Part shown: positions 27,122 through 47,971 of the stretch, piece by piece
Layout of the letters: every line of letters starts with the position of its first letter
Position numbering within the stretch: position 1 is the first letter of the stretch
NCBI GenBank assembly: GCA_033442325.1
Contig: JAWQFM010000002.1
Coordinates: 207,568 to 271,567 of the forward strand
DNA length: 64,000 bases
Direction: 5' to 3'
Source of the DNA: Salpingoeca rosetta
Lineage: Eukaryota > Protista > Choanoflagellata
Program-made: the position numbers and the translations under genes
Notes under the pieces: generated by a model
The model's database searches: none
What the model saw: the letters and a program-made list of their open reading frames with translations, nothing else
Told to the model about the DNA's origin: nothing

Positions 27122-28960
27122 TCATGCGTCGGCCTTTGCACGCTTGGGTGGTTGGTCGTCTGGTGTGGCTGCGTTGTGGCCGCGGGCTGGCGCTGCTTCT
27201 GGGTCCACACCAAGCTGCTTCATCTTGACGTACATCTCAAACAGGTAGTCGAAGCACTCGGCCATGCTCTTCGCCTTCTCCCACGTCTCTCCCCAAACAT
27301 AGACGCCGTGGCGGCGCACCAGTACAGCACACGCCTCTGGATACGCGCGCATGGCATTGGCCATCCGCTCCTGCCATACACAGCACATGCACGGCAAGCA
27401 GCAAGACGTGAGCACAGTGCACAGTGCAGAGTGGGTGTGGGTATGAGCACACACCAGACCATGAAGGTGGGGAGAAGGCGAATGCTGAGGAGTCATGTTG
27501 CCACATGTTCCGCTCCGCACGAATACCTTCAGCCGTGCTCACAGCGACACCGTTACACGCACGAAAAAGAGGCATTGTCACATCAAATACAAGTGACACC
27601 CAGCACGGCCATACGCAGCCAGACACACACACACACACACACACACACCTCCAATTCGCATTCCCGTGCTGTGTTCTCGATAATGGGGATGACAAGCGTG
27701 TCGTAGTATCTGTAACAACACGTCATGTGTGGTGCAAGGGTCAGGCGCTGAAAGAAGAGAACCCCCTTGCAAGTGCACACACACACACACACACACACGC
27801 AGCATACATGCATACGTACACACACGCACGCATACACACACGCACACGTATACATCCACACATCCACACATACATACACAAACGCAAGCACAAACGCAAG
27901 CACAAACGCAAGCACATGATACTGACCCAAAGTTCTTTCCGGTCTGTCCACGCCTGATGCCCTGATGATATCGGCCACAGTACAGGCGCAAGCAAAATAC
28001 GTGCGAGAGGCAGGGTTAGTGGGGCGTGAGCTGCGATGCGACGCGTGGCACAACAACTCATTGCTTCAGTGGTCGCAAATGAAAGCCGTGCTTCTCAAGA
28101 AATGGCAGCACAGGGGTTTGCTGCGCACAAGCAAGCGAACATCAGCACGCAAGCGCATGATCCATGTGCACCCGAACCTCAAAGCAACAAACACAACCAC
28201 ACAGTGCTTTCCACCTCGCCCAAAGACACGTGCACGCAGAAAGAGCGCGCGCGTGTGTACCTTGATCATTTCCAGGTTTGTGATGCGAAACTCTTTGTCG
28301 CAGAGCAGGGTGGCGAGCACGGCGTTCTGGGAGTGGGAGTGGACGCATGCGCCCGCATTGGCTAGCCTGTAGGCGTTCATGAACAGAGGTGTGCACTCGG
28401 ACATCTTGAGGTTCTTCTCGGCTGGCGGTGTTTCGAGCACGGTGCCTTCGCCATCGGTGACGAAGATGTCCTCTGGCTGAATCCGTTCCTTTTGCACCCC
28501 AGATGGAGCGATGTAGATCTTCCCACTGCCACCGGCGTTCACGCACGCGAAATTAGAAAAACGTTGGAACCACTGCAGCTGGAACCACTGCAGGTGCAAG
28601 CGCACATTAGAACAACAACAACAAAGCACACTGCACAGATGCATACACATACACTGAATACATTGAGCATGCACATTGAGCATGCACATGCACAGGATGC
28701 GCATACACTGAGGATGCGCACACACACACATACTCACTCACCACACACTCACTCACTCACTCACTCACTCACTCACTCACTCACTCACTCACTCACAGTC
28801 ACTCACACGCTTACTCACTCACAGTCACTCACACACTTACTCACTCACACGCTTACTCTTGTTTCATGGAAAAGCCACCACCGGTGCCTGTGGCCCAGCC
28901 CTTGTCGTAAAACAAACGACACAGCTCTGGAATCAACTCCCGTGGGTTCGCTGCAGTCAT
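27122..28960 (-). CDS. APIP: Methylthioribulose-1-phosphate dehydratase (methionine salvage, class II aldolase fold)
   Basis: [35 protein letters not shown]|[15 protein letters not shown]...SECTPLF...GACVHSHS...EMIK|GI..|[13 protein letters not shown]|...[20 protein letters not shown]. Confidence 0.95.
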
Positions 28961-30171
28961 CCCGCCTCTTCACTTCTGTTCTCCCTGTCACGTGAAAGGA
29001 CCAAAGGACACACTACGTCCGTGGTCAAGTTTTCCTTTGGAAGTGCTGTGTGCCAAAGGCAAACTTGACCTTGAACTCCTGCCTCGCAAAAATCGAACCA
29101 GCCCGCCAACACGACGCAAGAGCGCACGAACTGCAGCGGACTCGACACGTGGTGCGCGACAAGTTGCGGAAATCACCCACGAATATTCGCACCCATTCAC
29201 CGTTGTGGTTCCTTGCGTGTGCCTTTTTTCCTTTGTTGTGTTTGTTTGTGTTTTCTCGAGGTGCGTGTGTGTTGTGTTTGTTTGTTTGGCTTCCCGGTTG
29301 TGTGGTTTGCTTCGCTCTGCTCTGCTGCCGTGCCTGGCGCACCCTGATGCCTCCCATCTCCTCCGTCGTGCTCACATCAGCCATCGTGCGCACACCCCCA
29401 CGCGTCCACTTCCTCTCCAATAGGTCGCCCGGAGCACGCGCGCAAACCCCACAAACAACACACAGCAAAGTGAGAGCACGCACGCGTCGTGGGTGGTTGT
29501 TTGTGTTTGTTTGTTGTTGTTGTTTTGTTTGTTTGTTTTGCCGTGTTTGTTTGTGTTTGTGTCTCTGGTGCTTGTCGTCTCGGTTCGCATCTGCCCCTCC
29601 CCCACCTTACCCTGCTTTCTCTCGAGTGGGTTCATATGGAGGAGTGCGTGCGTATCTTCGTGGCTTGAGCCGAATGTGGTTGTGGCTTTGGGGGGGGGGG
29701 GATTCAACGTGTGAACCGTGCGTGCGGTGTGTTTTGTGTGGCAAGTGGAGGAAGTTCCAACAACTCCATACAAGCCTTGCTCCTCCAGATGGTCTCGTTG
29801 GCCTGTGCCCTCTGCCCTCTTGCCCACGTTCGCTTCCGCCTTGTTTATATCCTTGCGGCCTTTGTGGTCACTCGCCCTCCATCCGTCGTCCAGCTCACGT
29901 GCGCATACATCAAACACAAACAAACACAAACACGTCTCTCACAGGATTTGGGGCGTTATTTATCGTCATCCTCAGCTTGTTTCCCTGTGCACCAGAGCTC
30001 GGGAACGAGGTTGACGCTCCTATTCTCTCCCCGGCAGCTTAAATACCCACCTCCGCGTGTCAGCATTGCATGCCCGCTGCGGCTCCTGGACCACCCTCCT
30101 CCTCTTCCTCCTCCCATCGCCGCTCTGCTCTGACTTGACGTGACGCTCAACCAACCAACCAGCAGCCACAC

Positions 30172-34416
<4,245 letters not shown>

Positions 34417-34928
34417 TCGCTTTTGCTGCTGCTGCTGGTGGTGGTGGCGTGGGAATGTGCTGCTGCGTTTGGCGGTGATGATGATGGTGGTGGTGGCCAC
34501 TTGTTGTCAGCGCACACCACTCTTTGGTTTCGGGGTTTTCCCCTTTGGTTTTCCTCTTCCTAACGTTGTGCTTGACTGGGTGAATATGTGTGTATGTATA
34601 TGTGTGTATGTATATGTGTGTGTGTTTGGTGTTGTGTTGCTCCGCCTGGTGTGATGACGTGGCTCATGACGGCATTCCGTCAACTGCGGCCTGCACATGC
34701 ATGTTTTGTGTCTCGTCATGACTGTAACAACTGTAATTTCTCTGTTTAACTGTCTTTTTGTCACGGCTTTCGTTGTGCGTGTGTGCGTGTGCATGTGTGC
34801 GTGTGCGTGTGTGCGTGTGCATGCGACCTCGTGCACAACTTCCTTGTGCCGCTGTCCCCCTTTTCTAACCGGGCGTGTTGGCAACTGGCATGCCCGTTCT
34901 CGGTTGCCTGAATGTATGTTCATGTGTC

Positions 34929-35029
<101 letters not shown>

Positions 35030-35336
35030 GTGGTGAATGGTTTAATGATGATTTTGATGCGAACCTGTTTGACTGCAAATTAAAAGACGCCTCCCCACAT
35101 CTCTGCTGCCCACACGACCACATGGTGTTGTGATGCGATATGTATGTCATGTGATGTGATGTGACATGCTACATGGGAAGCAATTGCTCAGGTGGTAACA
35201 GATGAGGAGCTGGTTTAACGTGGCGCATGAACGCGCAGGCGCGACAAAGGAGGGAGGGAGGAAGCCAATGAACGAACATCGGAAGGAAACAGTGAAAGGA
35301 ACAAGAACAGGGGGTCAACCCAATCGTTGCATCAAC

Positions 35337-35423
<87 letters not shown>

Positions 35424-35475
35424 AAACAAACAAACAAACAAACAAACAAACAACGCAACACGCTACAGAAGCAGG

Positions 35476-36468
35476 CTAGTCGTGCTTGCGGCCGCCGAGC
35501 GTGCCGTGTGTGCTGCTGGCGCCCTTTGAAGAGTAGTCTGCAAACGACTCGTTGGGCGGCGGTCCAACACGGTACTGCTCGTCAAGGTACGCCACAATGT
35601 CCCCAGACTCAAAGAGCTCCACGCCCGTGTTTGGGTCGATGAGAAACGGGATCTTGACAAACCCGAGCGTGCGGCGCCACGTGTTGATGCGGGCACCGAA
35701 CCGGTCCTTAAAGTCCTGGCGGCCCTCTGTGTCGCCACGCGGGAGGTGGTGGTACAGGTACGGCAGCTCGAGCGAGCACAGGCGCTCGCGGACCATCATC
35801 ACAAACGGGGAGCCCTGGTGGCCCCACAGCTCCAGCGGGCGCTCCGGGCGCTTGGAGGGCACGCGCAGGTGGCCGTGCTCCGGTAGGCAGCGCAGGAACG
35901 GGTTGACGAGCATGGTGAGGGGCAGCTCCAGGGCGCGGGCGAGACTGCTGGTGACGATGGCGTAGTTGGCGGGCTTGGTGGCGCGCGCGCCATACGTCTG
36001 CCACAGGTAGGAGACGATGGCGTCGGACTCGTACATTTGGCGATTGCCTTGGTTCGGGTCGATGAGGAAGGGGAACTGCAGCTTGCCGCCCTTGGCCAGC
36101 ACCTCGGGGCGGAAGCGGGAGTCCTTGCAGAAACCATACTGCTTGAGGGTTTCGCGCGGGCACGGGTACACGATGACATCCAGCGCGAGCACGGAGAGCG
36201 CTTCGCGCACGCGGCGGCAGAAGGGGCAACCCTCAAACTCGTACAGCACAAGCGGCTTTGGTGGCTTCTCCGCCCGCCGCTTGGGTGTGTTGAACGCAAA
36301 CGTGTTGCCTGCAAACAGGCGCAGCGCGCACACCACCGTCGTGGCAACCAGGTCGTACAGGCGGCCGAGCGGAGGGAACACACGCGACACGAGCCCGAGC
36401 ACCCGCGCCCACATGCCGGACAGGGCCAGCACCAGTGGGAAGATGGTCGACACAAACCAGGCCAGCAT
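35476..36468 (-). CDS. Intronless protein with two tandem GST N-terminal (thioredoxin-like) domains and a hydrophobic N-terminus, 330 aa
   Basis: PLVLYEFEGCPFCRRVREAL...YPCP...GGKLQFPFLIDPN...MYESDAIVSYL, then PLELWGHQGSPFVMMVRERLCSLELPY...IPFLIDPNTGVELFESGDIVAYL; this is the 2GST_N-type architecture. Confidence 0.9.
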   Translation of the reverse strand: MLAWFVSTIFPLVLALSGMWARVLGLVSRVFPPLGRLYDLVATTVVCALRLFAGNTFAFNTPKRRAEKPPKPLVLYEFEGCPFCRRVREALSVLALDVIVYPCPRETLKQYGFCKDSRFRPEVLAKGGKLQFPFLIDPNQGNRQMYESDAIVSYLWQTYGARATKPANYAIVTSSLARALELPLTMLVNPFLRCLPEHGHLRVPSKRPERPLELWGHQGSPFVMMVRERLCSLELPYLYHHLPRGDTEGRQDFKDRFGARINTWRRTLGFVKIPFLIDPNTGVELFESGDIVAYLDEQYRVGPPPNESFADYSSKGASSTHGTLGGRKHD

Positions 36469-36843
36469 GATGGTCGTGATGTGTGTGATGTGTGATGTGT
36501 GTGTGTGTGTGCGGTGGCGTGAAATTGGTGCGTCAGCAAGACAACAACGAGAACAGCGGACGAAGAAGACAGACAAGCCGAGCAAGCAAGAAGAAGAAGA
36601 AGAAGAAGAAGAAGAGCAAGCAAGAAGAAGGAAGAAGAAGAAGACGCAAAAAAGAAACGGAACAAAGCACACCACACACAACACAAAACAAGACGACACA
36701 CAACACAATTCGTTGACATTGACAGACAGACAGAGCAAGCTCGCCAGTAAGCCAGCCAGCAAGACGTGTTTCGTGTGCAGACTCCTGCTCCCACTTCGTG
36801 TGTGTGCGCGTGCGTGCGTGAGAAGAACGAGAGCGTATTCAAG

Positions 36844-38856
36844 ATGGTGCTTGGAAGAGCGAGGCTGCAGGCGCTGGCGGAGGAAGTGGCCAACGACCTT
36901 GTGGCGAAAGGGGCGCGGGTGCCCTCTGGCTTTGTCAAGGGAAGGAACGCCGTGCTGTTCCTGTATCCTGATGGGCCCCACGGGCAGCAGAACATCTTCA
37001 CGATGCCACTGAAAGAGCAGCAGAGGGGGCCTGTGGAGCCCGTCATCGCCATGAGCGAGGTGGACCGCGTCGTGCAGCAGGAGACCGCTGGCAGGAGGAG
37101 CAGCGAGGCGCTTGAGCTGTTGCAGGAGCGCCAGCGCAGCCGCGCCACCGGCATCCTGCAGTTCATCTACGACGCTGTGCAGGACATTGCCTGCTTTGCC
37201 GTGCAGGGAAGCCTCTTTGCCATCCACAACGCCACCCACCCCGAAGCACCCAAGGTATTGTGTGTGTGCGTGTGTGTGTCTGTGTGTGTCTGTTTGTGTC
37301 TGTTTGTGTCTGTGTGTCTGTGTGGGTGTCTGTGTGTGCGTGGGTGTCTGTGTGTGCGTGGGTGTCTGTGTGTGTGGGTGTGGGTGTGGGTGTGCCTATG
37401 GGTGGGTGGGTGTGCATCTGTCTGTCTGTCTGTCTATCCGCCCGTCTGTCTGCCTGTCTGTCTGTGCCTGCGGGTGCAGCTGTCCAAGTCTTGCCTCCTT
37501 GTCATGCGTTTCCAGCCCCACGCTCTCCCTCCCTCCCTCCCCCACAACACACGCCATTCCCATTCCCTCGTCCCTCTCCTCTCCTCACCTCCTCCCTTGT
37601 GTTGGCTGCACCAAGCGTACCCTGGAGCCCCTGCGCGTATCGAGCGGAGGCAACTTTGAGGACGCCATCGACTTCAAGTTCTGCCCCCACACCAGCGACC
37701 TCATCTCCTTTGTCAAGGACGGCGAACTGTATCTGTACAGCCGCTCCGCCCAAACCATGGTTCCTCTCACCAACGTCGGCAAAGGTGTGTGTGTCTGTGT
37801 GTCTGTGTGTCTGTGTGTCTGTGCATGAGAGGTTGATTGTTGTTCCTTAGCTACCTCACTGTCTCACTCACGCATTCACTCACTCACACTCACACTCACA
37901 CTTGCACTCACACACACGCACACATGTGCATGCGTACACCCGCGCGCCTGTCTGCTGCAGAGTACGGGAGCTCGCGTGTGTATGCTGGGACGCCGTCGTA
38001 CATCATCCAGGAAGAGTTTGACCGCTACACGGGCTACTGGTGGCAGGCCACCGACACCAGCGCCTCGCACTACCGCATCCTCTACGAACTTGTCGACGAG
38101 CGCGACGTGCCGCGCGTCTCTGTGTCTGGGATGACCTTTGAGGACACGCCATCAGACTTCACCTTCCCAAAGCCGGGCCAGTGCAACGGCGCTGTCACGA
38201 TAAACGTGGCAGAGATCCCAAAGGCCCTGTTCCGAAACGGCGAGCGCAAGGACGCCAAGCTGGAGGTCACCACCACCACGCTCGGCACTCAGTTGAAGGA
38301 CCGCCTACCCTGGGCCGAGTACGTTGTGCGGTGCGAGTGGGTGCCTGGCCGCGACGAGGTGTGGGTGCAGGCGTTGCAGCGCGTGCAGCAGCGGCTAGAC
38401 GTGGTTGTAATCCCACTGTCGTCGTTTGTGCCCAAGGAGGCAGCACACGATGCCAGTGCCAGCAACGGTGACAGCCGCAGCAGCAATGGTGACAGCAGCG
38501 ATGTGCCGTGGCCAACGCTCGTGTCGGAGAAGTCGGACGTGTGGATCAACGTGCACGACGTGTGCTGGTTTGTGTCCTGCGCCGACGGCTACCGGCTGCT
38601 GTGGGGCAGCGAGCAGACCATGTTCCGCCACCTGTACGCCATCTCCCTCACGCCAGATGACAAGGGTGCGTTTGCTCGTGCACCCTTGCCGCGTTGTGTT
38701 GTGTTGTGTTGTGTGGGTGTGAGTGTGGGTGTGGGTGTGGGTGTGGGTGGGTGTGGGTGGGTGTGTGCGGGTGTGTCAACGTGTGTGTGTGCCTGTGTAT
38801 GTGCCTGTGTCAACGTGTGCGTGTATGTGTCTGTGTCAACGTGTGTGTGTGTGTGT

Positions 38857-38913
<57 letters not shown>

Positions 38914-41609
38914 TGTCACCCGTTGCATTCGATAACATCATGCCACACCTCACTCTCGTGTGCCACCTGCACATGTTTTGCGAGCAGAGCCGCAGCGTGT
39001 TGCTTTGACGTCTGGCGAGTGGATGGTGAATGGCCTGAGCATGATCAAGGAGACGGATGGCAGCGTCTTCTTCACCGCAACCAAGGCACGCGAGTGAATA
39101 CATATGTAGAGTGTGGTGTGTTGTGATGTGGTGTGGTGTGTGTCTGTGTCTGTGTCTGTCTCTCTGTCTGTCTGTGTGTCTGTGTCTGTCTCTCTGTGAC
39201 CCTGTGTGTGTCTGTCTGTCTGTCTGTTGTGCCTCTGTTGTGTATCGTGCGTTCCTGCACGTGCATGTCTTGTTTAAGGAGCATCTAACAACCTCACATC
39301 CACGGCAATCTCACCATCACCGACCCCTCGCCTCCCACGCTCGCCGACACAAATTGCCCGTTGTCGTGTTCAGGAGACGCCGCTGCAGACGCACGCGTAT
39401 GCGATGACCATTGGCGGCTGGAGCGAGTGGATTGCCACGGGCGCCGCGCCAACGCCCTCCGACCCCGTGCTCATGACAAAGCTCGGTCAGTCCAAGGATG
39501 TCTTGTCTTGTCCTACCATCTCTTTATCGTGTCCTGTCCTGTCGTGTTGTGTGATTGCGAACGTTGAGGTTGGAGGGGGTACACGGTGTGGTGCTGTCAT
39601 GTGCTACTCTTCGTGTATACATTGTCACGCTACACAACACAGACCCCTCTCATGCCCCTCCTCTTCCCCCCGCCCCGGCCTGCTTGCTTGTGGCGGCTTC
39701 TGTAGGGTATTCGCACCACGTGGACTTCCTTGACGACGGCATGTATGTGGACATTTTCTCCAGCAGCAGTGAGCCGCCTCAGTGCCGCTTCCACCGCCCA
39801 GACACAGACTGCTTCTACTTCTGCGAGCAGCAAGGTGTGTCTGTCTGTCTGTCTGTCTGTGTATGTCTCTGTCTGTGTATGTCTCTGTCTGTGTGTCTGT
39901 GTGTGTGTGTGTTTGTGTGTATCCGTGTGTCTGTCTGTGTGTGTCTCTGTGTATCCGTGTGTGTGTGTGTGTGTGTCTGTGTCTGTGTGCACGTTTTGCT
40001 GTTGTTCCTGCTTTGGCCCTGCCTCCGTCTGTCCATGCTTGCGTCCATCCAAGTGCGGCTCTGTGCATCTGCATCACCAATGTTGTTACTGCTCCATCTG
40101 CCACCACTTGCAGCACCGAGCATGTATGTGCCACCCCGCATCCAGACCATCAAGTCCAAGCACGGTATGGCAGCAATGTCGCGACCGCCGTCACACTCAC
40201 GTGTAGAAGCAGCCGTGAAAGCGCTTGGCTCAGCACGGGCCGCAACCACCATTACCAATCAAACTGTGTCCACACCCTTGACTGTGCCATAATTTATCGC
40301 TCTTTCCTCACCACACACCACTACCACCACCGTCACCACCACGTGACCACCACCATCACCACCATCGCTGGCATTATCACAGGCCACGACGTGCACACGT
40401 TCTTCTTTGCCGCCCGTTCCGTGGACACGCCGCCGCCGCCTTCCTCCGACCCGCTGCCAACGCTGTTGTTTGTGTACGGCGGGCCCCACGTGCAGCTGGT
40501 CAGGGACGAGTACAACACGGGCCGCTTTGCGCTCGCCCAGTTCCTGACGCTGTGCGGATTCAACGTTGTTGTTGCTGACGGCCGGGGCTCCTCCAACCGC
40601 GGCCTCGCCTTTGAGGCGCCCTTGCACAACGCTATGGTCCGCCAACAACGCCTGCGCACGCTCGTGTCTGTGTCTCGTGTCTGTATGTGTGTCTGCATGT
40701 GTGCGTGTCTACGTGTGTGTGTGTGTATCTCGAGTGTGTCTGTCTGTCTGTCTATCTGTCTGTCTGTGTGAATGTGCCTGTCTGTCTCTGTGTGTGTATC
40801 GTGTTTGTTCGTGAATGGCTGATTGAGCTGCATTGTTGCTGTGAGAAAGATGGTGTTTGAGCAGGTTGCACACGTCAGAGCACGGCGCCTCGCCTCACCC
40901 CACCCCTCCTCCTCCTCCTCCTCCTCCTCCTCCTCCTCTCCTCTCCTCTTCTTCTTCTTCTTCTTCTTCTTCTTCTTCTTCTTCTTCTTCTTCTTCTTCT
41001 TCTTCTTCTTCTTCTTCTTCTTCTTCTTCTTCTTCTTCTTCTTCTTCTTCTTCTTCTTCTTCTTCTTCTTCTTCTTCTTCTTCTTCTTCTTCTTCTTCTT
41101 CTTCTTCTTCTTCTTCTTCTTCTTCTTCTTCTTCTTCTTCTTCTTTCTCCTTCTCCTCCTGCTCGTGTCATTGCAGGGCACGTTTGAGGCGGACGATCAG
41201 GTTGAAGCGCTGCAGCTCCTGTCGCAGGACGCGTCCCTGCGCATCGACATGGACCGCATTGGCGTCTACGGCTGGTCATATGGTCTGCTCCCCGGCGTGA
41301 CTGCTTGCTTTGCTTTGCTTTGCTTTGCTTTGCTTTGCTTTGCTTTGCTTTGCTTGCTTTGTTTGTTGGTTTGTTTGTGCGCGCATGCGTGCGCACGTGT
41401 GCGTGCACTGGGCTTCATCACCAGCCTCACGCCTTTCACCACGACCTCCTTCCCTGTCGCTTACCAGGCGGATACATGTCGCTCATGTGTTTGGCGCAGC
41501 ACCCGGAAGTGTTCAAAGTCGGTGCCACTGCCGCTGACCACTCGTCTTCGGCTGTCTGCTGTCTCTCCATATGCTCTCTCGACTCCGCTGACGTCTGTCT
41601 GCGTGTGTC

Positions 41610-41681
<72 letters not shown>

Positions 41682-42791
41682 TCTGTCTATCTGTCTGCTG
41701 TCTGTGCATACAGGTGGCGATGGCTGGTGCCCCCGTGACGGACTGGCGCGGGTATGACACCGGATACACGGAGCGCTACATGTCCCTCCCAAGCACGCAC
41801 GCGAAGGTACGCTGTTTGCGGCTTTGCTTTCATCGTATTCAGCTTCCGTCCTTTATCGGTGCTTTCTTCCTCCATTCCCCTTCTCACGGTCCACCACCAT
41901 CACCATCACCAGGCCTACGATGCTGGAAGCGTTCTGAAGCGTGCAGCCGACTTCCCAGACGAGTAAGCTGTGCATGCATGCACATACACTCACTCACACT
42001 CACTCACTCACTCACTCACACACACACTCACACACTCACACACTCACTCACTCACTCACTCACTCACTCACACACTCACTCACTCACTCACACACACACA
42101 CACACACTCACTCACTCACACACTCACTCACTCACTCACTCACTCACACACTCACTCACTCGCTCACTCACTCACTCACTCACACACACACTCACTCACT
42201 CACTCACTCACTCACTCACTCACTCACTCACTCACTCACTCACTCACTCACTCACTCACTCACTCACTCACTCACGTCACAACCCCCCCCAACTTCCCGT
42301 GCGTGTTGCCACACAACGTGCCGCCTCCTCTTCTTTCTTGCTCCTCTCACGTCGAATTGCAAACATCTGAAACATTGCTGCCGCATGTGGCCAGGCCTGG
42401 TCGCCTGCTTCTCCTGCATGGCCTTCAGGATGAGAATGTCCACTTTACACACACGGCCTCGCTCATCAACGAACTCACGCGCTTCGGCAAACCATACGCC
42501 CTCCAGGTACGTGTCTGTCTTTCTCTCTGTGTCTGTGTGTCTGTGAGTGTGTGTGTGTGTGTGTCATATACGTTGACATTGATTGCACATGTTGGATCGT
42601 TGCTCATGCCTGCTCACAGCCAGCCGCTGATCATGTCACCATCAACCTTGCCGTTCACCCCGTGACAACGCGTGACGGCTGCTTCTGTACAGGTGTTTCC
42701 ACGGGAGCGCCACGGCGTGCGCTCGAAGCATGCCAAGAGCCGCACGTGGGTTGAGCAGGCCGCCTTTGCCCAGCAGGCCCTCATGCAGTGA
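36844..42791 (+). CDS. DPP9: Dipeptidyl peptidase 8/9-like serine peptidase (S9B)
   Basis: [20 protein letters not shown]; [15 protein letters not shown]; nucleophile GWSYG|GY; [20 protein letters not shown]; [13 protein letters not shown] (Asp); [10 protein letters not shown] (His). The catalytic triad is intact; stop TGA 42789-42791. Confidence 0.93.
40905..41145. repeat. (CCT)n followed by about 66 pure CTT units directly before a DPP9 splice acceptor
   Basis: Directly visible; acceptor ttgcag at about 41176. Confidence 0.95.
41985..42274. repeat. (CACT)n/(CA)n compound microsatellite, intronic
   Basis: Directly visible. Confidence 0.9.
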
Positions 42792-42850
42792 CAACCGCTT
42801 CCCCCGCCCCCGGCGACAGCAAACGGCGCTGCTGATTCTTCGTCGTCGTC

Positions 42851-42860
42851 GTTGTTGTCG

Positions 42861-42931
<71 letters not shown>
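42851..42931. repeat. (GTT)n microsatellite between the convergent DPP9 and P4H 3' ends
   Basis: Directly visible. Confidence 0.9.
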
Positions 42932-43429
42932 GGTTGATGCTGGCGCGAGCGTACCTCACATCAGCCAGGCAGGCGACAGCAGCAACAAGTGCCTGAACGA
43001 CGAACCAAACATCACCACAACCACCATAATCACCATCACTACGACACCTCCAATTCCAATTTGTGCTGTTTGACAGCACCGGTGCATCCCCTCCAGTCGC
43101 TCCTCCCGTGTTCTGTCCGTCGTTCTCTTGTGTGATGCGCAGTTGAGGCTGCAGCCAGGCTTGAGGGGAGTGGAGGTGCACAGGGTTGTCGTTGTACTTG
43201 TTTTGTGTTCATTCATTGGCATAGCTAAACAACACAGCATGTATGTGGACGTAATGATGATGGGGTGTGCAGCTAATCCATCGACCGCTGTGATGACGAT
43301 GGATGCGAGATCAAGAGCAATTTCAACGAGGACGAGGCGGAGGGTGGAGTAAAGATGGACGATGATAGCTAATTCACGGCAGGTTGCATGTACTTGTGTC
43401 ACACGCGTTTGCACGTGTATGTCGGGAGG

Positions 43430-45186
<1,757 letters not shown>

Positions 45187-45357
45187 CTCTGCCTGCCTAA
45201 TTGCTGTGTGCTGTGTGCTGTGTGCTGTGTGCTTGTATTGCTTGCTTGGAGGAAACACAAATGACGCAAGTCACTGCTGATATTGGCTGTTGTTGCTGTC
45301 CTGCTTCGTCGTGTCATCAAAAATCATCACTTTCACACACACTTGTTTTGTAGCATA

Positions 45358-47557
<2,200 letters not shown>

Positions 47558-47971
47558 CCAACACCACCAGCCTTCTAACCAATCATCCCATTAAACATCC
47601 TTGCCCCTCGCGTCGCGTCATTTCTCATCATGATGCAAGCTTCCAAAGCCTCCTCCTCCCCCCTCCTCTCCTTTCCTCTCCTTTTCCCCGCACTCGTTGG
47701 AATACGTTAAGCAAGCCCGCTCATCGTTTTGGCACATCGCTGCTGTTGCTGTTGGTGCTGTTGCTGTTGGTTCTGTATGGCATAAACAACCCCTCTCCTT
47801 TCTCTTAATGTAACCATTCACGCAAGAACAAGAGCGCGCGCGTTATGACAACTGCATAGTACTACATACATTCCCTTCCGCTCCTTTTTCCCGACACACA
47901 CACACGTACACGCTGTCGCTATCGCCTTGGCTTTCGCTGCACGGCGCGACGCGGGTGCACATGGGCGCGCG

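Noticed and set aside
28567-28591. Tandem duplication ggaaccactgcag x2 in APIP as a microexon or target-site duplication
   Set aside because: Homology places the acceptor downstream (about 28527, MKQD|GKIY); the duplication is intronic with no element between the copies.
29050-30042. 330-aa ORF between APIP and the HDAC-like gene
   Set aside because: Low complexity (GTTT repeats), no recognisable motif; more likely the HDAC 5'UTR and introns.
36469-37239. N-terminal extension of the 587-aa minus-strand ORF
   Set aside because: It is antisense to DPP9 exon 1 and crosses the promoter repeats; the real start is most likely 36468.
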